In this document: positions 47,758 to 61,333 of the stretch, piece by piece
Layout of the letters: each line of letters starts with the position of its first letter
How positions within the stretch are numbered: position 1 is the stretch's first letter
NCBI GenBank assembly: GCA_030141605.1
Contig: JAQGDQ010002375.1
Span: 372,001-436,000, forward strand
DNA from: Tubiluchus corallicola
Taxonomy: Eukaryota; Animalia; Priapulida
Direction: 5' to 3'
DNA: 64,000 nt
The notes under the pieces: model-generated
Databases searched by the model: none
What the model saw: the letters and a program-made list of their open reading frames with translations, nothing else
What the model was told of the DNA's origin: nothing
Translations under genes and position numbers: made by a program

Positions 47758-50700
47758 TATTTTTGCAATTATAAACAGTGGAAATACCTGCTGTTTCTCA
47801 GTGTGTTCCACTCGCATTCCTTTATGAAAATCCAGTCTGTTTCTCCAAAGGTTTTCTAATGAATAGGACTAATCAGTCGTAATAAAAGATGAAACTAAAT
47901 TTTTATAAAATAATTTTTGTTAGTTTTTTACTGTCATATCATAGTTATGGTGCTACGTAATTAAAATATGCTATCATGCACAACTATATACCAATTGCAA
48001 ATGCAATCGAGTTAATTTTGAGTTGCATCAAAGGTTTCGAGGTTAATGAACTTTGCATATATGCTTCACAGGCTTCTTTGCTTAATAAACAGCATAACAG
48101 TGGTAGTCGCCTACGCTAGATTAATCTTTAAAACGGTGTGATAAGCTACCTAGATAAAACCAGATTAAGTTTGAAACATTCAAAATGTGTGATTGTTGTA
48201 CGACAAATTAAAAATTTGCATTAGGATCTGATATACACAATGAAACATTTAGTTCTCCCACATATGCAGGCAAGATGTCAAAGAGAAACTTCAAACTTCA
48301 AAATCCACGTTCACGAGGCGGATTGTTTTTGGGTCTCTGAAAGCGGATTTCAACTAAAAATCGAGATCATGTTTGAACGACACGCATCAGTAATGTTTAT
48401 GATGAAGTCTAAAGTTAAACGTTAGAATTTCAGTCTTCTTTCTTTTAGAAAAATATTGTTATAATAAAATAACAATTGTGTGTCACTTTTGTTTATGATT
48501 ATGAATGTGATTTTGCATAATTGCCCGTTTAAGTTAGTGATTCAATAAATTCCCGGCCTCTCTCAGCCTGGCCCAACCACAAACAAATATCAGGCTGAAT
48601 TCCCTCTTATGAGACCGTGACAGTAATCAGAATATACTTTTTGCTTCTGTAGATGTGACCGAATGTTTGATTAAACTGCAGACTATTTTGCAACATAACT
48701 ACAACAATGCAGGATTAAAATAATATAATATTATCATAACGATGGTAAAACTTTTGCTGTGTGCTTTTATTATAGCGTAAACAAATTACTGAACTATTAA
48801 TCACTAATTCAGTGCAGATAAGCAGAAAACCTTGTTAGCTAAGAGCCAAGATAAAAAGCCACATTGATGCAAATGTGACTTATGTAGTTGCTTTATGCGC
48901 AGCGATGTAGAATCGTAAAACGTCTCTCCTAATTTTCCTTGAGTGCAAATTAAAAGGCAGAGAGCTTATTCATATATGTAATTCGTAAGATTTAGTTTGT
49001 CGCTCATAATCACTATAATAAGACTATCTTTTGTATGTTTACAATCTCATTTTACAAGCTAAGATTCTCCCGTCGCCAAACAATCGTAGGGCAGTTTCTC
49101 TGTACGTTTCATATCGTTAACATTGAAGAATTAGACTAAGGTTTTTCAGGATATATAGAAGAGGAGAAGCATCCCATGGGAATGAGAGGAGAGGAGTTGG
49201 TCGTTCTGGCTCGTCCTCTCCCTAAATAGGTTTAGGAACATTTTCCTATATATAACCTAGAGTTCTCTGCCATATAACACATAAGTTTTGGGTTTTACTC
49301 TCCGATATTGTGGTTGTACGAGAGATTTTATACATCTGCGTTTTCCTTGTTTTTATTCACTGCGTCTTTGTACTTTTTTCCCCGTTATCCTTTTTAAGTG
49401 TGACATTTTGTATAAGTTGATGGTTAAAAATTGAAAAAAATACATTTGGTAATTTTATGACTTTTTCCTGTTTTAAATTTTCACCTGGTTGCACAGTGTT
49501 TCTCTGTTTCGTTAATTGACTGTATTAACTATTATAAAATTCGTTACTGGACCTTAGTCTAAATGTAATTTGAAATTTAATGAAGGAAAGTCGCAAATAA
49601 AATCGTGACAGACCACCCGATCAAAAGTATCCAAATGTAAGTACTTATATTATATGGACTGCATAAAAGCAATACAGCATATACGCCTACATTTCATCAC
49701 AGTCGCGTGCAACTCGACCAAAACCTGCAAAACGTGAACGGATCACGCTGAAAAACCTTGACTCGGTCTTGTACCAGGAGCAGCCTATTGTAGAGGTTTG
49801 ACCACCGAGAGTAATTAACAATATATCTGCTGCCCACAAGGTGAAAACCCCTAGAGATCTTATAGATGGCAGTATTTTCAAGTTCAACTCACACATTTTA
49901 CTTAACGAGTCGTGACAACCAGGCTGTATTATATGTAGACGTGGCGCACGCAGGTTGTGTGAAAAGGTTAATAGTTAATACTATCCTTTTAAGCATAGAA
50001 AAAATAGCAGTGTAGACAAATCATTATAAAGTAAAAGCAGCAGTACGGAATAAGAAGAACTACAACGAAAAGCAAGTTTGACATTTAAACTGTAAGTTAC
50101 ATTTTTACGACTTTACTGCTATATTATCGCTACTGTGATAGAACATAACCTTACAACTACTTTGGTATGACCGTGAAATAATGATGATGTTAGTGCATTC
50201 TATTTCACTATACATGTGTACTTGGTAGTGCCTGCACATGTAATTAAGCGTAATTAGAGAATTTTTTATTAATTACAATTTTCACAATTGTATCTATTCT
50301 TCTTATTGAAAATAGTTTATGTTATGTATGTATACTTATAGTTGTAAAGCTATAACTTGACACTTAATTTAGCATTTACAAAATACGGTTTCCATAACCT
50401 ATTTGGATGCTAACGAAATTTTTTCGCTGACAAATATAAGTACGCTTTCTAAGATACATAAAACACATAAGATATGACGTTTGTGTGGGTGTGTAAAACA
50501 GGAATTATTTGTGTTATTATTTACGACATGTTGACAATTTATTTATCCTTGATACTACAGACGTTTTGTCACGTTCGTGGTCTTATCTGGTTTATTCCGG
50601 TAGTATTAAAGTTACTTTTACATCCTTTAATGCACCACATGTGTATATACAGGTATAGTTTCCGGTTTTCCGGTATCTTATACATTAATGACATAACGTT

Positions 50701-52668
50701 TCATAGCATTTTCCTTGGGTTAAATAAAATTAAACCATGCACAGTCTTTAGTTTTCATCTATACTTTATTCTGAAAGACTCGTTTCTAATCAATACTGAT
50801 CAGTTATAAGTACTGAAGTAAGCCAAACTCGCTTATATTGCTGATACCGCTGGTCCACTGCCCACTCAGACTATGAAAAAGGAAACTGTCAAGCCGCGAT
50901 AAACTTCCCAAAAGGAACTTTGCGTCAAATTTAGTAACCAGTAGTCAGAGAAAATCACGTGTAAATAGAACACATTTATTACTAAATATTACAAACATTG
51001 CCAAAAATAGATCATCACTGCCAGGACACCTTGTGCAGAGCCTGAAATATGGAATTGTTTGCTGCACTAAGTTCCACCCATATACAATCAGTCAAAACAA
51101 AATATTTAATAGTGAATACACCTATTATTCCAGAACTTGAAGTTACAGAACTCTCACAATATTTTACAGAAACAGAAAAAACATGGTTACTAACCACCTG
51201 TATTGGCGAATGAGTGAAAAAATTATTTTTCGTCAAAACTTCTTCCGAGCATGGTTTAAGTGAAAAGCAAAATACATGCTTTGTTTACTTTTATAGCCGT
51301 TCATGTATTTTTATATCCTTATAAAACACTCAATTAGTTTTAGTAAGCGTGCTAATACTGGTAATATATTCGCTTTTAACACATCCACCATAAAAGTAAC
51401 CAGGCGGTTTCAGGCACTGACCTGCCCAAACCTAATCATTTATAGATTATAATTTTGTATTAATTTGATTTTCGTTGTAATAATTTACCTTATAATACTA
51501 CCCCCAAATATGGGCTATGGGGTTCTATCATATTCTTATGACGGAATCACCGGTTTGGTGCTTTTTAGCCAAAAAATCGCTAGTTTAATATAAGTGTTAG
51601 GAGAAAATTTATTACATGGTAAAGCCTAGTTTAAAAGTTGATGGCTGTGGCAGAACCAGCACTTAATTATCAAAGATAGTTCTTTAGGACGAAATATATT
51701 AATACATGTGTCCTAACTAGGTCCAGAGCAATGTACAACCGGACTGTCTCAACGAGGGAAATAAGTCAGGACAGCCCAGAAGCAACTTCCCCGGCAGTCA
51801 TCCAACCTTTTGCCAACCAGCCTAATGTTGTTTACCTTTGGCGTTCATACTCTGACGTCTATGTGTGGCGTCTATATGCAGTCATTTATTACTGTCTTAT
51901 TCTAAATTAGTATTTTTGTGCGTGCTAATAATGAAAAGAATTATGAAACGTACAAGAGTTTGCTTAACTGGTTTAGAACTGTGAGCGTTAGTTTTTCATA
52001 ATGTCATAATAACAGTATTAGGGCCTATAAATTATAATACTACATTAAACTACGATTAGGCCTAATACAATTCAAGTCGAAACGAAAAAGTAAAAAGACA
52101 ACAATACTTCGTGTTGTTCTGCGTTACAAGGGTTACTTGTCTTAAACTGTTCATCGATTTTACCAGCGAAAGGCTCACTGCACACAAGCGTAGGCTAAAG
52201 GGAAACACGCCGCTTCTCAAAACACCAAAACAACCTGTTTCCAAACTTCATCCCCAGCAGCGGGAAAATGAAACCACTTGCTAGCAGCAGTGGTCACAAA
52301 TAAAATGTTTACCGCTGCTAACTCTAAGCCCTGGGAATCAGGTTTGCCCGCATTGGCATAGTTCCAGGTAGGTTCTACTACTAGCTACTACGCTGCTTAT
52401 TTTACAGAATCATGCACTGATTCAGTCACGGTTGGTAGAACGGAAAGCCAGTAGACACATCTCGTAGCTGAATAAGAGCGTAGCTATATAACAATGATGT
52501 AGATGTATGCACATGCAGAAAGTGCGCACTGCTATCAATACGTGAGAGCACTAATCAGTTTTTCTAAGATTTAACATTTTGTGATAAAAGTAATATATTT
52601 TGATGACAGCAGTAACAAAACAATTACTAAGTTAAGCTGCCACAATTGCATTAAAGGTAAGGTGTTGC

Positions 52669-52975
52669 TTATATTTATTTGTGTAAGTGTAGACCTGTTG
52701 TTAACGTAGTTTTTTTCTGAAAAAAATTAAGAGTGCTATCATTGTAGTCATGGCGTTTTTAATGTGAAAAAACACAAAAACAATGAAACCTTTCGGCTAC
52801 ATTTAAAAACAGTGAAACTAAGTTAAGTTACTACATTAGCATTAAATATAATGTGTCGTTTATATTTATTTGTGTAAGCGGAGACGTGTTGTAAACGTTT
52901 TTTCCTGAAAAAAATTAATAGTGCTATGATTGTAGTTTTGACATTTTTTATTATGCATTTCAAAATGAAACCTTT
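52669..52975. repeat. Tandem duplication, ~190-bp period, two diverged copies
   Basis: tatatttatttgtgtaag...ctgaaaaaaattaa.agtgctat.attgtagt...aatgaaacctttc occurs at ~52670 and ~52861. Confidence 0.85.
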
Positions 52976-54899
52976 CTGAGAATGTCGACGTTGTGATAAA
53001 GCTTGACAATAGGCTTGCTGCCTGTGTTATGACAATTTTGACTTTTTATTTTTAATAATTGAAGAAACGAAAGTGTTTAATATGGTTGATATAATTGTAA
53101 TAGTTAGCAGGCACGAACCTGATTCTCCTTTTGTAAGGATTCTTCTTTTCTACATTTTATGTGCTTACCACAAATCAGTTTATACAAAATAATGACATGG
53201 AAGTGATGGAACCTGCAGAAAATAACTGTAGGTTTGAATTTCGTTATGGAAGTGTTACAAGGCTATTAAATTCATTCATTTATTTGTACTTTTTGAGTAA
53301 TCTTTCTTCTAGTTACCTTTCTAAGTCCGTTACAGGTTTGCAAATTGGCCAGATTTTATTTGAAAGATTTTCTGTGTGGCTCTGGTTAGTAGACAGACAT
53401 GTATACATACACTAAACCTACGCACTAAAAGTCCCACGATCACATTTGCCTGGAACTTCACAACAGATCTACACCAGATAGAATCATAATCCAAGTTTTT
53501 GTCGGAAGCAATAGTATACAAATTATCCACGTGGCTGACACATGCAGCTTTGCACGTGACTAGACATTTGAATTGCACATGCGCAGTGCGGTCTAAACGT
53601 ACCCATGCAGCTTGGCGAAAGTTGTTGCCTCTGGCTTCAACCAGCTACTGTTTTCATTTCCACCGAAACTGTTTTTATTGATTTATAGGCCTGAATAACG
53701 AAATGATATACCGCGAACCTCCCCTATCGGTTATTTAGTGTAATTACTCTCTGCTCAAAGCCGGTGTTATATGATGTTAAGATGAAACGTGCCGCGCCCG
53801 TCGGCACTTCTTTAGTTTGTTAAATAAATCAGTACTGTTAGGCTTAAAAGTGGGAGCAATTTTCTACGAAACTAGTTGATTTGTTTTCATGTAAAAGTGA
53901 TCATTACGTTTGCTCTCAAGTGAATCCTACTTATAACAGTAAAACAAATCACAAAATAGTAAATAATTTTGTTTGCCTGTACTCCTGTAGTATATGACAC
54001 CTGTAGCCTATAGCAAATCAGTAAAATCACAAATAAGTAGCTAAAATAACATTTAAACTGGTTACAGTGGCTACTTAAGTGAATTTATTTTGTTTTCTAT
54101 ATTAATTATTAAATTTATTATGCTTGAATAAAATGTGACTACAACGTGGACGCTATACTTGCCATTGTAAAGTATATTCTGATGTCATATTAATTAATTA
54201 ACAATTTAACACACTAATGCGATTTTTACCATAAAAGCAAGAAAGGTTTGAACTTGTTTTTTTACCATGAACAACAAGATGAAGACCTCTTTAATAATCG
54301 ATTTAAGCAATCAGTCAGTTAGTTGGTCGGTCGATGAGTCAGTCAGTGAATCCCTGACATTTATTAAAAGCCCTACCTTAGACCCATTCTAGCCAGAGTC
54401 CAGATTTGCGTATCATCTTACAATCAGTGAAATTAATGTGCTACTAGTGTGATGTACCAGGCAGGCGGGCGTTTTTGAACAGTTACGTGGGTGAATTTCG
54501 TGAGTGAGTCGCCATGCGGCTTTCATAAAGTTTTTTTAAACATTTTATGTAACTCGTCAAAACAGTTTAACCTGTCTGCAGATGGCCTGTTTTGTATTCT
54601 GCGGGAGTCGGAGCTAGAGTTCTCAAGTACTCCCCCGCATCTCACAGCCTGTTGGACTTCACCACATCAGATCAGCACCCTCTTGTTTCTTGTTATGTAC
54701 ATTACACAAATAAACTAATGATAAACCAGCGTGCACATTTCGTGAAACCTAATATTAATTTAAATTTTCACTGTAGGGACGTGACACATAACTTAGGCAC
54801 AAAGTACCCAGTTTCACACACGCCCACCTAAGATTTACGTTTACAAACATCGCAAAATTTTAGTGTTTTGGCGCAATCTGTTTCATGTCACTCAACTTG

Positions 54900-55946
54900 T
54901 GTAACGCCTGCGCAAAGCTGGTGTCGGTAGTACCCACCGCGCATGCGCGTGCCCTAGGTAAGCTTCCCACTCTTTGGAGCTGTGCACGACCAATTAGTTA
55001 TAGGCTTACTTTTCCTACAAGAACTAATTTTTGTGCTAGTTGATGCTAAATATTGCAACTTTCTATAGTTAATTCAGCATTTCGATTTTAAAAACATTTA
55101 TTTGACTTAATCTTAATTGTTTCAGCTATACATATACTTGATTAGCTTCTTGTTTTTATAAATCAGTTTTTGAGAAAATTGTGGTTTTGAAAAAATCTGA
55201 TTACAGGTTAGTTTAGTAGGATTAAGCGTTTTGTGTTTAAATCAAATGTGCAATACTTGACTCAAATTTCTGCAAAATTTTATCGTTGAAAAACGAAAAC
55301 TTCTTCTAGGCTTACGCTTCTTATTCAAATATTTCGTTTCACTAGAATCATATTTTGTTAAATTGATAGCAATTGCTTTATTATTTAGTTTAAGAAAAAC
55401 CCACTGACTTAGCTTATTTGAACGTGAGGTTTTACTAGCTATAGTAGTTGCACGTTTTTTCAGGAACTCTGACGTCACTAGAGGCGGGTCTTACAGTTCA
55501 TTCATAATTCGTCACGTGCTACTACGAAGAAACGGCGCAGGCGCCAAATATTGCGTAGTACGAACTCGTCTGGCAAATACCACATTACCACGATGTTACT
55601 CAGTGAGAGTTTATTCGAGGTGAGCGCATGTATACAAGTTAGTTATTGCTGTTTACTAATTTCGTCGATCGCTTTGCACGTGTTTATGTTTGTTTGTTTG
55701 CCTGTTTTATCGATTATTTGGCAAATTTGATTCTGAGTCAGCATATTTCTTGGAACTTTACCCGGAACCAGATTTTTTACCGTCTGCGAACGAGAGACGC
55801 TGTCTGAGGAAAGTTTGTTTATATCACTCGGCACAGATAGTTTCTCGTTTTGTTTATGAGAGAAGCTTCAAGAAACAGATTTGCTGCCTGAGTAAGCGCA
55901 GGAGTAAAAGACATGACAGCTGTAAACAATGTTGTGCGTGGTAAGT
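54900..55946 (+). promoter_or_regulatory. Candidate promoter and non-coding first exon of an unidentified plus-strand gene
   Basis: NRF1-type cgcgcatgcgcg (54938-54949), CRE tgacgtca (55470-55477), gtcacgtg (55511-55518), local CpG enrichment and a consensus donor G|gtaagt at 55941. Confidence 0.45.
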
Positions 55947-58900
55947 GTCCCAATCTACAATTAATTAGCTAGCTAATCTACAATTACATGTGTATATAGG
56001 CCGCATTAAGTCATGCTACTCGAGTATTAAGCAAGCAAAATGCGTAAATATGTAAATTCTGAAACAAGTGGTAAGTTGTACTTAGTTTTCTTTTTTAAAT
56101 AGCGACACAAATGCATTATTTTGCCCACTGTCGGTTATACGGAAACATAACATCTGTAGTTGGCAGCGCAATGCGAGGCCAATTTAGAAAAAAAACCATA
56201 AGCAACAGTTTATCTTGTTGTCAATCATTTAATAGACATCATCAAAACAAGTCAGTGTTAGCAAGTTATGAAAACGTATCACAACTCTTTTACAAACAAC
56301 CAGCAATTTGTGATGGTAATTTCACTATTATTTTTTGATACTTTATCAGCAGTCCAGACAATTTGAAACAGGTTTACCTGCTGTTTCATGGACTGTAATA
56401 TATGCAGAAAGTTGTTATAATAAATACTTATTCAAAACCAACAACCAGCCACATGATACTACACATTTTGTGATGCCCTTTCATGTAGGTCAGTGTAAGC
56501 AAACTCTTTATTGTGCCTACTCCAACTAAAATCATTGTTGAACGAAAATATTTTTGGCATTTTAACAAGGCTGTATGGTTAAAGAAGTGCACCATGCCAA
56601 ATAGTAACCATTAGACTACAAGACCCCATCATATGCAGTAATGCGGCTCATTTAACTTCATTTGAAAATTTACAAATTTAATATTAGAAGATACAGTAGG
56701 CCTATGTGCTCTGTCTCACTGAAATGTCAAGGGCAGTTTGTCGCTGTTTTTAAACGCAAACTACCTGAGCAAGATAAGTGACCGCTGCAAGTACACAACT
56801 CTTCTATGCTTCAACAAAAAACACTAATAAAAATGTGCCTGTGGGCAACAACAAGAAGTTTGCAAGCAAGGTGGGAGAATAAACAACTTACAATAACTAG
56901 GTCATTGCGCACAAATTGCAAGTTCAATCTGGCGTCATAGTCTGAGTATGCCCACATCATATAGGCTTAGCTTTACTTGTCATATAATAGGACTATAATA
57001 GCATTACAATCTATTGTTACTTTATATCGACACAATAAGGTACATGAACATTACGTTTACACGCGCACGAGCTGTGCTGTTAACAACTGAGAGCTTTTTA
57101 AGGCATTGCCTGAAGTTGTTTTTGTCAAATTTGTCTTCTCCTAAATGATCGTCTACGTTGTAAATCATTGACGTCCGTATGTAAGCTTCGAGTTGTCTAC
57201 TGCCATTTCGTTAGTGAATTCGCAGTCATCGTATAGAAATGAACGAAAATTATTTGTGCTTTGATTGTGTCTTGGAAACTGAAGCACATTGCTAAAAATT
57301 TTCGTTTCGATATTTTTACTTTTTATTCTCGTTATTCCTTGTTCTATTTTTATTATTTATGTTATTGTTATTGATCACTTGAAATTTCTATCCAGTCCAA
57401 AGACTTAATTGAACTTTTGCCTGTACAAATACTCCCTCCGTAAGTATTTAAAGTCTTACTTATCTATTTTTCGTGTTTTCACATTTTCGTAATTCATTTA
57501 TAATAAGTACCACCCATATCATTAACACCTGTGAGTACAAGCCAGATATTACATGCAAGAAATTGTAATTTTGTGTTAGCCCTGGGGCAATTTAGTTTTC
57601 TAGAACCTTATTACATAAATTATTCACAGCAATGAATGTACACTTAGCAAGGCCTTTTTCCAGTATTATAGCAGTATAGCTTGTAAACTTCCAAATACGC
57701 GCTACGTAAAATATCATTATTCATCCTGTCATCATGTTACGTCCCAATTAATGCAATACAAAAACGTTTTTATGCAAGACCTGTACTTATCACGTAGTGA
57801 CAGCAAGCTTTAAGATATGCATTTTGTTTTCTACCTCCCCATATTAATGGGTGGCTGCGTGTTTATGGCTATTGCATCTATAAAATATAAAGCTATATAG
57901 CAACATATTTGCGTGTTTGGCCTTCACAATTACCGAGTACTGTACCTAAGACAAGACTTATAACTTTGCGAGTCTATACAAATGTTATTATTTTATTATA
58001 TAAAGTATAGTTGAATAGTTGAGTAAAATTCATTTATACGCTGCTGTAAAATGATAATTGAAAATACCTGTACAGGCGACACTATAATACATTTTCCCGA
58101 TTAAATTCTCCAGAACTCTTGTTAAAAGTCTTTGTGGATGAATGCTATTAAAAGATAATTCAATTTACAACTCGTTTTAAGTCGACGAGGTACTTAAAAG
58201 TAGCTTAGAAATTAATTATTAAATTTTTGACGTGCATTTAAAAAACACCGTCACATTCCGTTTCTCGTCGCTGTCGTACGTCATCTCTTTCTCATTCTCG
58301 GGATAATTGCCATCATCATCACATTCATTATTATCATCATCGCTTTTACTGTAGCAACTGCTCTAATAGGTTCTGTTATTTATTTGTTATTTGTTATATC
58401 AAAATAGGGATGATTTGAAGGGTAGTTCTTAAAGAATTAGCTAACACACTGTTTCCTGGTGGACAAATTGTAACTTGCATAAATACAATACTAAAAGATC
58501 TTAGCAACATTATTATATAACTGTTGCAAATTTAAATCTTAAGTCTAAAATTTCCTATCTTTAAACGATTACTGCACCAAAATTTACATTAATTTTAAAA
58601 CAATGCGTATTTAATGTAAGTTTTAATTTGATCGATTGATCGATTGTTCATAGCATTGATCGATTACATTGTTCAGTTAATATCGTAATCAATTTTACTA
58701 TTCTACTAAAACTTTTTTACTAATGAGGCTCCAGTAAAAAATAATTCTCGTTAGAAACATACAGCGTCATTAGGTTTTGTAACAAGGGATTACATTTCAC
58801 TATTCTAACATTTTACCATGACATCGTGCTTCTATTTTTAATACGAATATATTTTTATCGTACTTATCTTTGTCAGCCTTGTGTTTCTGTTTTAATTCCA

Positions 58901-59604
58901 TGCTGTTATTACTTAATCACAAGTCGTAGAGTTTTAATATTTACACTTTTTATTTTTTCCCAAATAAAATGAACCCGTAAAATGTAGAAAGCAGTAAAAT
59001 ATTCACGCCCGCCTACACAGTGACAGTGACAGAATTTTCTCAGAATAGTAATTTTTCATTTTAAAAAACAATAAAACGATACAGAATAGCAAAACGTGAA
59101 TATGTAACAATGGACAGTCTTTTCGGATTTACTAATTGACTGATTTAACCAATTAAATGATCTTTTCTTTAATTCACTTTTAAGTGATTTACTTGTTTTA
59201 GTTATTGGTTAATTTTTGTTAATCAGATAGTTATGAAGCGATACCAAGACCTCCCCCATGCTTTTATACGACAAATTATTTTTCGCACCATTGCGCTGTT
59301 TCCAATGGCAATTTAGATTTCAATAATCATTAGACGGCAACTATAAAATAATTTTCACCGAATTTGGTTTTCGCCTTGTCATGGTCTGCTTGATAAAAAA
59401 TTATTGCATTTATAAACATTATTACATTACCACTTTATAACACTGTACATCAAATATTGCGACTAGTACCTGCAGCATCTTGAATTTTTAAGTGTTCAAT
59501 TATAGTTGTAAAAATATTTCGAAGGTAAAAACTAGACGAATAAAACATGAGGCGTCCTCGGTTTTAGGCAAAATACGGGCTGCTGTAAAAATTAAGCACA
59601 AACA

Positions 59605-61333
59605 ATTGTAAAATTATAAGCTTGTGTAAATATGAATTAAGCTGTAGTAAGTTGTTTTCCCAAACGCCTTTTTATGACTATGACATTTGTTTTAGTTTGT
59701 AATGTCTCACGAGGTAAGGAAAGACAATGCAAAAAGTGTTTAATATAGGAAAGAAAAGGTAGGCCTAGTATGACTCTTAGAGGCCTAGCGTGACTCCTAA
59801 TAGTGCCAGTTAGGTTTTGAAAATAGTGATTTTCTTTTTCAAACAAATCAGGTATTAAACGGGAATTTTTAACTTTTCTGCTCCTTGTCGCAGGCTTCTA
59901 CGTAGCGCATGTATCAAATCAACAATATATCAATTATAAATTGTCGTTACCAGTAAAATGAATTAATGTAGAGTCATACATACATTCTAAAATCATATCT
60001 AGACTGTTATACATTACAAAGAAAGAGTCATACTAGAAAGTAAAAAAGTAAAAATTAGAAAAATCATATGTGACTATGTCGTCAATGTTTAATGTTCCAC
60101 TTGCTGTAACGTGCACCGTATAACAAATAGGCCTATATACTATATAGGAGTAAACATAAAGTAAAATTACTAAACGGCACAATTTGAACAATATTTGGGA
60201 AGGTAATTTAATGAGTCACATCTATATGTAATGGTTTACAAAATTCATTATTGCAATTAATATTAGTAATGTGTGTTGTACATAAAGTGCTTTTATAAAA
60301 ATGAATTTCCAGTTACTGTTACATTATGCTTTTTTCTCAAAAATCTAATTTACTTAGAAAATAGGAGCATTTCGACTTATTCTATCAGAAATTAAAGAAC
60401 TGCAGGAAAACTTGAAATTTCATTAATCGTTTTCCGAAAGCGATGACAAAGGTTTTCGTTTCGCATTATTTTTTTGCCAAATATATGTTTTTCCTCTTGG
60501 TAGAGTCAAGCATGCCCTTTTCTCCTTAATCATCCACTCACCACTTTATATGGTGAGTTCTTTGTTTGTGATTCCAAAACTGACGTGTGAATTTTCAATG
60601 CATAGAAGAAAAAGTATTCTTGCAAATCCATTAATTAATATGAGCGGCGAGCTTGCACTAAAAGTGTCTTATTCTGGAGCGCGGCTTCTAATAAACTGCG
60701 CAGCTCTTTGATGCGGAAGGATTCATCTGCGCCGCCATCATTAACTCAGCTATTTCTCAGTAGCTGATTCATGGTGAAGTCGGGCGGTGAGCACAGCAAC
60801 CGAGAAACATTATTGCACGCCGCTCTGTTCTAATATTCTGATTATTAGAGTCGGGTCAGCACCTGTTCCCTGCGCCAAAGAACGCAGCGCCTCGTACTTC
60901 TCGATTTGATAAGGAACGTCTAAATGCTGAACTTTAAGCAAGTTACTTTTTTTAGTTTACTTTTCCATTTGAGCAAACAAATAAGCCTATACATTAATAC
61001 CAAATATGATATAAGCGTAATAAAATAATTAACTGATATCAATACCGACTTTGAGCAGGAGTAGGGAGCCAGTAAAAGACCAGGAAAAGTAAAAATTCTT
61101 GTTCAATGCCTGATTCGTTTGAAAAAGAAAATCACTGATTTAAAAACCTAACTAGCACTATTAAGAGTATTACCAGCCCTGTTATTTCTTTCCAGTATTA
61201 AACACTTTTTCCATTGTTTCCATACTTCGTGACATTACAAACTAAAACAAATGTCATAGTCATAAAATACCGTTTGAGAAAACAACTTACTACAGCTTAA
61301 TTCGTATTTGCACAAACTTATAATTTTGCAACA
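59605..61333. mobile_element. Long inverted repeat / foldback-like element (~250-275-bp arms, ~1.2-kb spacer)
   Basis: 59605-59880 is the reverse complement of 61084-61333 (e.g. ttatgactatgacatttgttttagtttgtaatgtc vs gacattacaaactaaaacaaatgtcatagtcataa). Confidence 0.8.

Noticed and set aside
46868-47774. Plus-strand ORFs of 72-129 aa over the RTE element
   Set aside because: Antisense shadows of the RT coding sequence.
57431-57443. Stowaway/mariner-like terminus tactccctccgt
   Set aside because: Only one end found; no matching inverted terminus nearby.
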